A stretch of DNA of 64,000 nucleotides. It comes from Klebsiella pneumoniae (GTDB lineage: Bacteria; Myxococcota_A; UBA796; SXON01). Below are positions 10,847 to 18,701 of this stretch, piece after piece. Under the pieces are notes generated by a model, which was not told the origin of the DNA, did no database searches, and saw only the letters and a list, made by a program, of their open reading frames with translations. Every line of letters starts with the position of its first letter. The stretch's first letter is position 1. A program made the position numbers and the translations under genes. Location: contig CAMAXZ010000019.1 of the NCBI GenBank assembly GCA_945862325.1, forward strand, positions 6,205 through 70,204. Reading direction: 5' to 3'.

Positions 10847-11734
10847 GTGACGGTCGCGCGCGCCATCGACGAGGCGGGGTACGGCGGGGCGACCCCGGTC
10901 GGGGCCGCGCTTCCGATCGACCCCGGAGGCCTGGGCGAACGCGACGTGCTCGCGACGATCGCCGGCGGCGCGCGTGACGCCGGCGTGAGCGACCCCCGCA
11001 TCTTCGGGCACGTGGTCGACGCTCGTCCTGCCGTCACCGAGGCGGCTCACGCGGCGGCGGCGCTCGCGGCCCTCGCCGCGGTCCGCGGCGGCGCGGAGCT
11101 CGGGGCCCAGGGCGCGAGCCTCGCCGGCATGGCGGCGCTCGGCGTGCTCGCGGCCTCGGCGGCGGCGCGGTGCATCGGCGCGCGGGGGCTCGCGCGCTGG
11201 CTCCCGCGGCTCGCGACGCACTCGCTTGTGTTGCGGCGGCCCCGGCGCGGGCGGCGCGTGGTGGTCGGGGCCCTCGATCGCCCCCGTGGCACGCGGAACC
11301 TGCGCCCCGCGGTGCTGGCCGGCATCGGCGGCGCCCTCGTGGCCGGCGCGGCGGGGCAGGGCGAGTGGGCCGCCACCGTCGCGCTCGCCGCGGCGGCCGG
11401 GTGGTCGATGTCGGTGGCCCGCGTGCGCCCGTCCGAACCTTCCGATCCTGCGCGGGAAGCAACGGTGGCGGCCTGCCTCGTCCGCTACGCCGCCGCGCTC
11501 GACGCCGCCGACGACACCGACACCGTCGTCGTCCTCGCCGCCGCGGGCAACGCCGACGCCTCCGGCGCCCTCGCCGTGTGCGACTGGTACGGCCTCACCC
11601 GCCGTGAGACGACGCTCCTCCTCGTCGATCCGCGTCCCGCGGCCGTCGTCGCCGCGCGCGTCCGCGGCTGGCGCGCCCGTCGTGTCGCCGCCGCCGCTCT
11701 CCCGATGCCCGCCCCGACGCCGGAGTCCGCATGA
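10847..11734 (+). CDS. Hypothetical membrane protein
   Basis: Long ORF in a gap between genes, Ala-rich TM segments, ATGA coupling to the next gene. Confidence 0.55.
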   Translation: MTVARAIDEAGYGGATPVGAALPIDPGGLGERDVLATIAGGARDAGVSDPRIFGHVVDARPAVTEAAHAAAALAALAAVRGGAELGAQGASLAGMAALGVLAASAAARCIGARGLARWLPRLATHSLVLRRPRRGRRVVVGALDRPRGTRNLRPAVLAGIGGALVAGAAGQGEWAATVALAAAAGWSMSVARVRPSEPSDPAREATVAACLVRYAAALDAADDTDTVVVLAAAGNADASGALAVCDWYGLTRRETTLLLVDPRPAAVVAARVRGWRARRVAAAALPMPAPTPESA

Positions 11735-13476
11735 TCTTCGTGGCCACCGCCGCCGCTGCGACCCTCTCCGGGGCCGTGCTCGACCCCTCCGGCGCCCCGA
11801 TCACCGGCGCGATCGTCGCCGCCTACGACGAGCGGCTCCAGTACACGGCGGTGCGCACGGACGCCGCGGGAGCCTGGTCCATCCTCGATCTTCCGGCGGG
11901 TCGGTGGCGCGTCCGCGCCGTCATGGAAGAGGACGACGGGCCGAACGTCGACGGCTTCTACCCGGAGGCGTGGGACTACTGCGACAGCCCCGCGCTCGTG
12001 CTGGGGCCGGACGACGCGCGGTCGGGCATCGACGTCGTCCTCGCCGTCGGTGGGCGGATCGCGGGGCGGGTGCTCGATCTCGACGGGGTGCCCGTCGCGG
12101 GCGCGGACGTGCTCGCGACGGGGGTGTCCACGCGCGCGCAGCTCTCCAGCCGCGCCACCACGACCGACGCCGAAGGCCGGTTCACCCTCGTCGGGCTCGA
12201 CTCCGACGACGGTGTGCCCGAGCCGTACCGGGTTCAGATCGCCGCGTCCGGGTTCCCGAGGCAGTACCTCGGGTCCACCTACGACTCCGAGGCGGCCGAG
12301 CGGGTCGACGTGGAGCGCGGCGCCACGGTCGACGTGGGCGACGTCGTGCTGCTCGACGGCATGTCGCTCTCCGGGGTCATCTACGGGGAGCCCGGCGACC
12401 CGGTCGGGTCGGGGGTCGTGTACGCGTATTCGCCCTCCCAGGTGCTCGACGCCGACATCGCCGAGGACGGGACGTGGCGCGCCGACGGTCTCCCCCCGGG
12501 CGACGCGATGTACTGGGCCAGCTCGGACGGCTGGGCCACGACGTACTACCCGGGCGCGGACCGACCGACGTCGACGCGCCTCTCCGTCCCCGACGAGGGG
12601 CTCGACGTGACCGACGCGGACCTGTCGCTGCCGGCCGAGTCCGTCGCGACCTTCCAATTCTCCGGCGTCGGGCGGTTCGAAGAGCTCGTGGGCCTCCTCT
12701 ACAACTCCGACGGCACGGTCGGCCGCGGCTCGCTCGTGTCGCCCGAGGGCCTGCTCACGATCGACGCCCTCTGGCCGGGCGAGTACACGCTCCTCGTCTA
12801 CGGCGACGAATCGGGCTTCGTCGAGGACTACCTCCGTGACGACGCCGGCGCGGTGCGGGTCTTCGAGGTGGCCGAGGGCGGCGCGCACTTCGAGATCGAC
12901 CTCGCGTCCGGGGCCTCGGCGACCGGCCTCGTGTCCGACGATCTCGGCGCGCCGATCTACGGCGCCTACGTCTACGCCTTCGCCAGCTCCGGCGCCTCGT
13001 ACGCGTCGTCGGCGGATCGCGACGGCGCGTGGACGGTGACGGGCGTCCCGGGCGGCGAGCCGGTGCAGATCCGCGGGTCGTACACGCCGTACTGTGACGA
13101 CGACCCGGGGTACGTCACGCGGTGGTGGCCGGACGCCCTCGCGCAGCAGGACGCGCCGTCGCTCGTGCTCGACGCGGGCGCGGTGGAGCCGGACGTCGAC
13201 CTCGTGCTCGAGCGCGACTTCGACCACGACGCGATGGCGGACGCGTGGGAATCGAGCCACGGGCTCGATCCTTCGCGTGACGACGCGGCGGAGGACGCCG
13301 ACGGCGACGGGTTCAGCAACCTCGCGGAGTTCCAGCTCGGCACGGACCCCTCCGACGCGAGCGACTGGGCCGACGACGGGTGCCTCCGGGGCGGGTGCGG
13401 CGGCGCGGCCGCCCTGGTCGTGTTCGCGCCCCTGCTCGGTGCCGTGCGCCGGCGGCGCGCCATCAGCGCGCGCTGA
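11731..13476 (+). CDS. Surface protein with carboxypeptidase-regulatory-like (Cna-B-like) repeats, Ca-binding DxDxDG tail and MYXO-CTERM-like anchor
   Basis: Repeated xSGxVxDxxGxPxxGA..TDxxGxW/F units; DFDHDAMADAWE..DADGDGFSNLAEF; C-terminus GC..GGC-hydrophobic-RRRR. Confidence 0.8.
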   Translation: MIFVATAAAATLSGAVLDPSGAPITGAIVAAYDERLQYTAVRTDAAGAWSILDLPAGRWRVRAVMEEDDGPNVDGFYPEAWDYCDSPALVLGPDDARSGIDVVLAVGGRIAGRVLDLDGVPVAGADVLATGVSTRAQLSSRATTTDAEGRFTLVGLDSDDGVPEPYRVQIAASGFPRQYLGSTYDSEAAERVDVERGATVDVGDVVLLDGMSLSGVIYGEPGDPVGSGVVYAYSPSQVLDADIAEDGTWRADGLPPGDAMYWASSDGWATTYYPGADRPTSTRLSVPDEGLDVTDADLSLPAESVATFQFSGVGRFEELVGLLYNSDGTVGRGSLVSPEGLLTIDALWPGEYTLLVYGDESGFVEDYLRDDAGAVRVFEVAEGGAHFEIDLASGASATGLVSDDLGAPIYGAYVYAFASSGASYASSADRDGAWTVTGVPGGEPVQIRGSYTPYCDDDPGYVTRWWPDALAQQDAPSLVLDAGAVEPDVDLVLERDFDHDAMADAWESSHGLDPSRDDAAEDADGDGFSNLAEFQLGTDPSDASDWADDGCLRGGCGGAAALVVFAPLLGAVRRRRAISAR

Positions 13477-14152
13477 GCCAGACCGCGCCGACCGGCGTGC
13501 CCGCCTCGTCGGCCTTGCGCTGGTAGTTCGTGCGGACCTCGTCGGGCCAGGGCGCGCCGTCGCGCTTGACGTCGTCCACCACGGCGCGCACGTCGAACAG
13601 CCCGTCGACGCTCTCGAGCATGGCGTCGACGTGGGGCCGGAAGTCGGTCTTGAGGCGCAGCTCGCCGCCCGTGGCCAGCAGGGGGCGGAGGAGCTCGAGG
13701 AAGTCCCGACCGATGAGCCGGTGCTTCGCCTGGCGATCGCGCGCCCAAGGGTCGGGGTGGTTGATGTGGACGCCCGCGAGCGACCCGGGGGCGAACAAGC
13801 TGTGGACCTGCGTGGCGTCGTAGCGGGCGACGACGGCGTTGCGGGCTTCGACCGCGCGGAGCTTGCGCGCGGCGATCACGACGCGCTTGTAGCGAAGCTC
13901 GATCCCGACGAAGTTCAACTCGGGGTGCAGGGTCGCCATGCCCGACAGGTAGAAGCCGTTCCCGGCGCCGATCTCGAGGTGCAAGGGCGCTTCGCGGCCG
14001 AAACGGTCGGCCCAGCGCCCGCGGTGCGCGGCGGCCTCGCCGGCGGGCATCGCCTCCTCCCCGAAGCTGCGGTGCGTCGCGACGTAGGGGTTCACGCCCG
14101 GGCGGGGGAGCTCGTGCGGCAGGAGGTCGCGCAGCGGCGGACGGACGATCAC
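13463..14152 (-). CDS. trmB: tRNA (guanine-N7)-methyltransferase
   Basis: LEIGAGNG, GIE, INHPDPW..KHRL, LKTD, TNYQRK. Confidence 0.9.
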   Translation of the reverse strand: MIVRPPLRDLLPHELPRPGVNPYVATHRSFGEEAMPAGEAAAHRGRWADRFGREAPLHLEIGAGNGFYLSGMATLHPELNFVGIELRYKRVVIAARKLRAVEARNAVVARYDATQVHSLFAPGSLAGVHINHPDPWARDRQAKHRLIGRDFLELLRPLLATGGELRLKTDFRPHVDAMLESVDGLFDVRAVVDDVKRDGAPWPDEVRTNYQRKADEAGTPVGAVWLSAR

Positions 14153-14565
14153 GGGCGGTTGGCCACCCACGCGGCTCCGCCGTCCGCGCGGTGCTCCTTC
14201 TTCCAGATCGGCACCCGCGCCTTTAGGGTGTCGATGAGCCAGCGCGACGCGGCGTACGCATCGTCGCGGTGGGGCGCCGCGACGGCGATGACCACGGCGG
14301 GCGTGCCGATGTCCACGCGCCCGACGCGATGCGCGACCGCGCAGGCCAGGGCAGGCCAACGTCGACGCGCTTCGTCCTCGATCGCTTCGAGGGCGCGCTC
14401 GGCCGCCTCGCCCCAGGCTTCGTACTCGAGGGCACTCACGACCGTGCCCGCCGTCGCGTCGGCGCGCGCGACCCCCTCGAAGACCAGCACGGCGCCGCGG
14501 TCGTCGGACCGCACCCGGGCGGCGAGCGCGGCGGCGTCGAGGGGGGTGTCCGACAGCCGGCTCAT
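14149..14565 (-). CDS. moaE: Molybdopterin synthase catalytic subunit
   Basis: GAVLVFEGVAR, LEYEA, HRVG, APHRDDAY, LKARVPIWKKE. Confidence 0.93.
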   Translation of the reverse strand: MSRLSDTPLDAAALAARVRSDDRGAVLVFEGVARADATAGTVVSALEYEAWGEAAERALEAIEDEARRRWPALACAVAHRVGRVDIGTPAVVIAVAAPHRDDAYAASRWLIDTLKARVPIWKKEHRADGGAAWVANRP

Positions 14566-14786
14566 CCGCCCCCCAACGGCGGGAGCAGCGCGACCTCGTC
14601 GCCCTCGACGAGGGCGACGTCGGGGCCGCACAGCTGCCCGTTCACGGCGATCGCGCACGTCAAGTCCGGGGGGCACACGCGCGCCCGCACGAGGCCGGCG
14701 GTGGCGCCGGGCTCGAGCTCGAGCTCTTCGGACCCGGCACCGCGTCGCTCACGCAGGGCCGCGAACGTGCGCACGACGATCCGCAT
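14562..14786 (-). CDS. moaD: Molybdopterin synthase sulfur carrier
   Basis: FAALRE..AVN..GDEVALLPPLGGG with C-terminal Gly-Gly; adjacent to moaE. Confidence 0.9.
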   Translation of the reverse strand: MRIVVRTFAALRERRGAGSEELELEPGATAGLVRARVCPPDLTCAIAVNGQLCGPDVALVEGDEVALLPPLGGG

Positions 14787-14842
14787 GGGTTCGCGGCTAA
14801 CGCGTCGGACCGCGCGGCGCCCGGGCGCGTTACGGCGCACGC

Positions 14843-15391
14843 GTGTGGGTTCTGTTGCCGATCCTGGCGTGCGGCGCGCCCGAGCCGGTGTTGCCGGTCA
14901 CCGCGCCGACGCGCGCGGCCGTCGAGGCCGTCGGCGAGCGTCGCGCCGGTCAGGAGCGCCGGGCGACCCGCGACGCGGCCGACGGGCTCCGCTACGTGAA
15001 GCCGACCGGCGTCTACGTCGACGGCCCGCACCTGACCGGCCGCTCGTGGGAGGCCTCCCGGGAAGCCATCGAGGCGCAGCTCGGCCCCTTCAAGGAGCAG
15101 GCGGTGCAGTCGGATGGCACCACGGAGGTGTCGTTCGAACGCGGGAGCGTTCGGGTGCTCGACGCCAAGGTGGTGGCGCTCCTCGTCCCGCTGCCGGAGC
15201 CGCTGCGACGCACCGACGCGCTCCTCGCGGTGGGGCTCGCGGCGACCACGCGCGAGTACCTCGCCTTCACCTTCGAGTACCGCCTCATCAACGAGCAAGG
15301 GTTCCGTCGCGTCCGGATGATGCGCACCGAGCGCGATTCCGAGTTCGTCTCGCGCGTCGAGCTGTGGCGGACGACCAGCGTCGATCGTTGA
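14843..15391 (+). CDS. Hypothetical lipoprotein
   Basis: MWVLLPILAC lipobox-like start. Confidence 0.7.
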   Translation: MWVLLPILACGAPEPVLPVTAPTRAAVEAVGERRAGQERRATRDAADGLRYVKPTGVYVDGPHLTGRSWEASREAIEAQLGPFKEQAVQSDGTTEVSFERGSVRVLDAKVVALLVPLPEPLRRTDALLAVGLAATTREYLAFTFEYRLINEQGFRRVRMMRTERDSEFVSRVELWRTTSVDR

Positions 15392-15432
15392 CAGGTCGTC
15401 AAGAACATGGGAGCATCCTCGGTGGAGGGGTG

Positions 15433-16362
15433 GTGTTCCCACTCGCGCTCGCGGCCCTGGGCGGCTGCAACGACTATGGCCTCGCGGACCGTGACGAAAC
15501 GGTGACGGCGGAGCTGCGCGTGAGCGAGCGCTTCGAGCAGTCCGCGCTCCGCGCGGTCGACATCCTCTTCGTCGTCGACGCGACGGGCTCGATGGAGGAG
15601 GAGCAGGCGGCGCTCGCCGCGGCCGCCGGCGCGTTCGTCACGGCGCTCGACGCGGCGGGGCTCTCCTGGCAGCTCGGCGTCGTGTCGATGGATCTCGCCG
15701 ACGCCGGGGCGCTGCTCGGCCGACCGTGGGTGCTGGCGCCCGGGCAGGACGCCGCGGCCGAGGTGTTCGCGGCCAACCTCCTCGTCGGCACCGACGCGCC
15801 CCCACCGTCCGCGGGCCTGGACGCCGCGGTGATGGCCATCCGTGACGAATCGGGGGCCAACCTTGGCTTCCGGCGCCCGGACGCCGCGCTTCACGTCGTG
15901 TTCGTGTCCGACGGCGACGACGAGAGCGGGGCGCTGCTCGGCGACGACCCCACCTCGGCCTTCCTCGCGGTCCTCGCCGACGAGGCCACGCGCACCGGCC
16001 GCGCGACCACCGCGAGCGCGGTCGTCGGCGACGTCCCGGCCGGCTGCCGCGGCCCCGGCGGCACGGCGCTCCCCGGCGCCCGCTTCGTCAACGTCGCGAC
16101 CCGCGCGAACGGCGTCGTGGCGAGCGTCTGCGACGCCGATCTGGCGCCGGTCGCCGAGTCCCTCGTCTCGGCCTCCTCGGAGTACCCCACCCGCTTCGCG
16201 TTGCAGGACACCCCCGCGCCCGGCAGCGTGCGCGTGTGGGTCGACGACGTGCGCCTCGACGACGGCTGGGAGGTCGACGCCGCCACGATCGTGTTCGACC
16301 CGGCGCCGGCCGACGGCGCCACGATCGACGTCAGCTACGTCGTGCGCGCGGAGGGCGCGTGA
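15433..16362 (+). CDS. von Willebrand A domain lipoprotein
   Basis: LAALGGC lipobox; DILFVVDATGSM MIDAS; VFVSDGDD; GGAGG upstream. Confidence 0.85.
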   Translation: MFPLALAALGGCNDYGLADRDETVTAELRVSERFEQSALRAVDILFVVDATGSMEEEQAALAAAAGAFVTALDAAGLSWQLGVVSMDLADAGALLGRPWVLAPGQDAAAEVFAANLLVGTDAPPPSAGLDAAVMAIRDESGANLGFRRPDAALHVVFVSDGDDESGALLGDDPTSAFLAVLADEATRTGRATTASAVVGDVPAGCRGPGGTALPGARFVNVATRANGVVASVCDADLAPVAESLVSASSEYPTRFALQDTPAPGSVRVWVDDVRLDDGWEVDAATIVFDPAPADGATIDVSYVVRAEGA

Positions 16363-18089
16363 TCGCCCTCGTCGGCGCCGCCCTGGCGCTCGGTCCCGCG
16401 CCCGCGCTCGTCGAGTGGGACCTCGACGCCGACGACGGGGGCTTCGCCTCGGGCGGCGAGACCGGTCAGTGGGCCTGGGGCGCGGTCACCCACGGCCCCG
16501 GCAGCGGCTGGGACGGCCCCAACGCGTGGAGCACCGGCCTCACCGCGGACACCCTGAACGACGCGACGGATTGGCTCGAGCTCCCGCTGCCTGACCTCGG
16601 CGGCGCGGGCCGCCCGGTCTTGCGGTTCGTCCATTACCTGGAGATTGGCGCCGGCGACGTCGCGCGCGTCGAGATCGACCGCGGCAACGGCTGGGAGGTC
16701 GCGGAGCCGATCTACGGCTACCCCGCGGCCGGGGGCTTCGTCGGCAGCTCCGGTGGGTGGGCGCCCGTCGCGGTCGACCTCGTGGGCGCGCTCGCGGTGC
16801 GCCTGGTGCTCGACACGGATCTCGCCGGGGTCGGCGCCGGGTGGACGATCGACGCGGTCGGGGTGTACGACGGCGACGTCGTGGGCCCGTCGATGGCGGC
16901 CACGCGTTGGCCCGCCGACACCGACGACCTCGACGGTCCCTACGTCGTCGAGTTGTTCGCGACCGACGACGTCGCGGTCAGCGCCGTCTCCTTGAGCTGG
17001 GCCCCGCGCGGGCGGCCGGCCGAGGTGGTGGAGATGCTCCCCGTCGGCGCGGGTGTGTGGCGCGGGACGATCCCGGGGCAAGCGGCGGACACGACGGTGT
17101 CCTGGTGGGTCGACGCCGACGACGGCCTCAACACCTCCACCCTCCGTGGGCCCGACTTCCGCGTGGCGCTCCCGGCGCCCACCGACCTCACCGCCCCCGA
17201 GGGCCGCATCGTGGCCACCAGCGCGCGGCTCACGTGGACGCCGCCGGAGTCCGTCCACGAGGTGCTCGACTACGTCGTGCTCCGCGGCGACACGACCGTC
17301 GCCACGGTCACCGAGCCCGCCGCGGACGTGCCGCTGCTCGAGGGCTACGACCGGTTCTCCGTGCGCGCGCGCTACGCCGCCGGGCTCGGCGATCGCTCCG
17401 CGGAGGTGGCGGTCGACGCCGCGGTGCCGGGCGACGTCACCCTGCTGCCCTCGGTGCTCGGGCCGGGCGAGCGCGTTCGCGTCGCGCTCCGCGGCGGCAA
17501 CCTCTTCCTCGTCGACGGCGACGTCGAGGTCTCGCTCGGCGCGGGCGTCGTCGTCGAGTCGGTCGACGTGCGGGACGTGGGCCTCGCCTGGGTCACGGCC
17601 TACGTCTCGCCCGAGGCCCGCCCGGGAGATCGCGACCTCGTCCTGCGCACGCCCGCGTACACGCTGGACGTGGAGGGCGCCCTGACCATCGACCCGTCCT
17701 CGTCGCCGCCGGCGATCGTCGCGCTGTCCCCCGACGCGGTTCGGCAGGGCGAGCGAGGCGTGTTGCGGGTGACGATCGAGGGCGCGCTCGACCTGTCGCG
17801 CGTTCCCCTGGTCGATCTCGGCGACGGCGTCGTCGTCGAGGGCGTCACCGTGGTGACGGTCGGGGCCAGCTCCGCCCTGGACGTGGCGTACGCGGTCACG
17901 CCCGACGCCGCCCTCGGCGGCCGCAACGTCGAGCTCGACGACGGCACGCACCTCGTGACGGGCGGGGTCGTCGAGGTGCGGGACAACCGCGTCGCGGACG
18001 CGGGCGGGTGCGCGAGCGTCGGCGGCGGGTCGGCGCTCGGCGCCGCGGCCGCGGGCTTGCTCGTGGCGTCGAGGCGACGGCGCCGTTAG
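16359..18089 (+). CDS. Secreted multi-beta-sandwich (FN3/Ig-like) surface protein with MYXO-CTERM-like anchor
   Basis: Signal peptide; QWAWG..NAWST; LPAPTDL..LTWTPP (FN3-like); C-terminus GGC-hydrophobic-RRRRR. Confidence 0.75.
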   Translation: MIALVGAALALGPAPALVEWDLDADDGGFASGGETGQWAWGAVTHGPGSGWDGPNAWSTGLTADTLNDATDWLELPLPDLGGAGRPVLRFVHYLEIGAGDVARVEIDRGNGWEVAEPIYGYPAAGGFVGSSGGWAPVAVDLVGALAVRLVLDTDLAGVGAGWTIDAVGVYDGDVVGPSMAATRWPADTDDLDGPYVVELFATDDVAVSAVSLSWAPRGRPAEVVEMLPVGAGVWRGTIPGQAADTTVSWWVDADDGLNTSTLRGPDFRVALPAPTDLTAPEGRIVATSARLTWTPPESVHEVLDYVVLRGDTTVATVTEPAADVPLLEGYDRFSVRARYAAGLGDRSAEVAVDAAVPGDVTLLPSVLGPGERVRVALRGGNLFLVDGDVEVSLGAGVVVESVDVRDVGLAWVTAYVSPEARPGDRDLVLRTPAYTLDVEGALTIDPSSSPPAIVALSPDAVRQGERGVLRVTIEGALDLSRVPLVDLGDGVVVEGVTVVTVGASSALDVAYAVTPDAALGGRNVELDDGTHLVTGGVVEVRDNRVADAGGCASVGGGSALGAAAAGLLVASRRRRR

Positions 18090-18097
18090 CCGGTCGG

Positions 18098-18571
18098 ATG
18101 ATCTCGAACGATTCCGTCGTCTCGCTGCGCTACGCCCTCCACGTCGACGGCGTCGCCGTCGAGGACGGCGAGCTCGACTACCTCCACGGCCACGGCAACA
18201 TCGTGCCTGGCCTCGAAGCCGGCCTCGAAGGTGCGATCGTCGGCGAACAGCGCGACGTCGAGGTGCCCCCGGAGCTGGGGTACGGCCCGCGCATGGACGC
18301 CGCCACGCAGCGCGTGCCGCGGGAGGCGTTCCCTCCGGAGGCGCCCCTCCGGGTGGGCCTGCGCTTCGCCGTGCGCGGTCCCGACGGGCAGCCGGTGCCC
18401 GCGTTCGTGGCCGACCTCGACGACACCTCGGTGCTCGTCGACCTCAACCACCCCATGGCGGGCAAGACCCTGCACTTCAGCGTCACCGTCGTCGCCGTGC
18501 GCGCCGCCACCGACGAGGAGCGCACCCACGGACACGCCCACGGGCCGGACGGCCACGGGCACCATCACTGA
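18098..18571 (+). CDS. slyD: FKBP-type peptidyl-prolyl isomerase SlyD
   Basis: YLHGHGNIVPGLE, VPPELGYG, VDLNHPMAGKTLHF, His-rich tail. Confidence 0.93.
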   Translation: MISNDSVVSLRYALHVDGVAVEDGELDYLHGHGNIVPGLEAGLEGAIVGEQRDVEVPPELGYGPRMDAATQRVPREAFPPEAPLRVGLRFAVRGPDGQPVPAFVADLDDTSVLVDLNHPMAGKTLHFSVTVVAVRAATDEERTHGHAHGPDGHGHHH

Positions 18572-18701
18572 GCCTCGTCAGCGCATCGACCGGTTGTTCC
18601 CGCTCGCGTTCGTGGGGTGACCCATCGCGATCACGCGCGTGACCACGGCCAGCGCGGCGGCCTTCAGCTTCGACAGGGCCGCCCGTACGACGCGCTTGGG
18701 C

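Noticed and set aside
10847-11734. M28 peptidase assignment
   Set aside because: The layout is only vaguely similar and no Zn-ligand motifs are present
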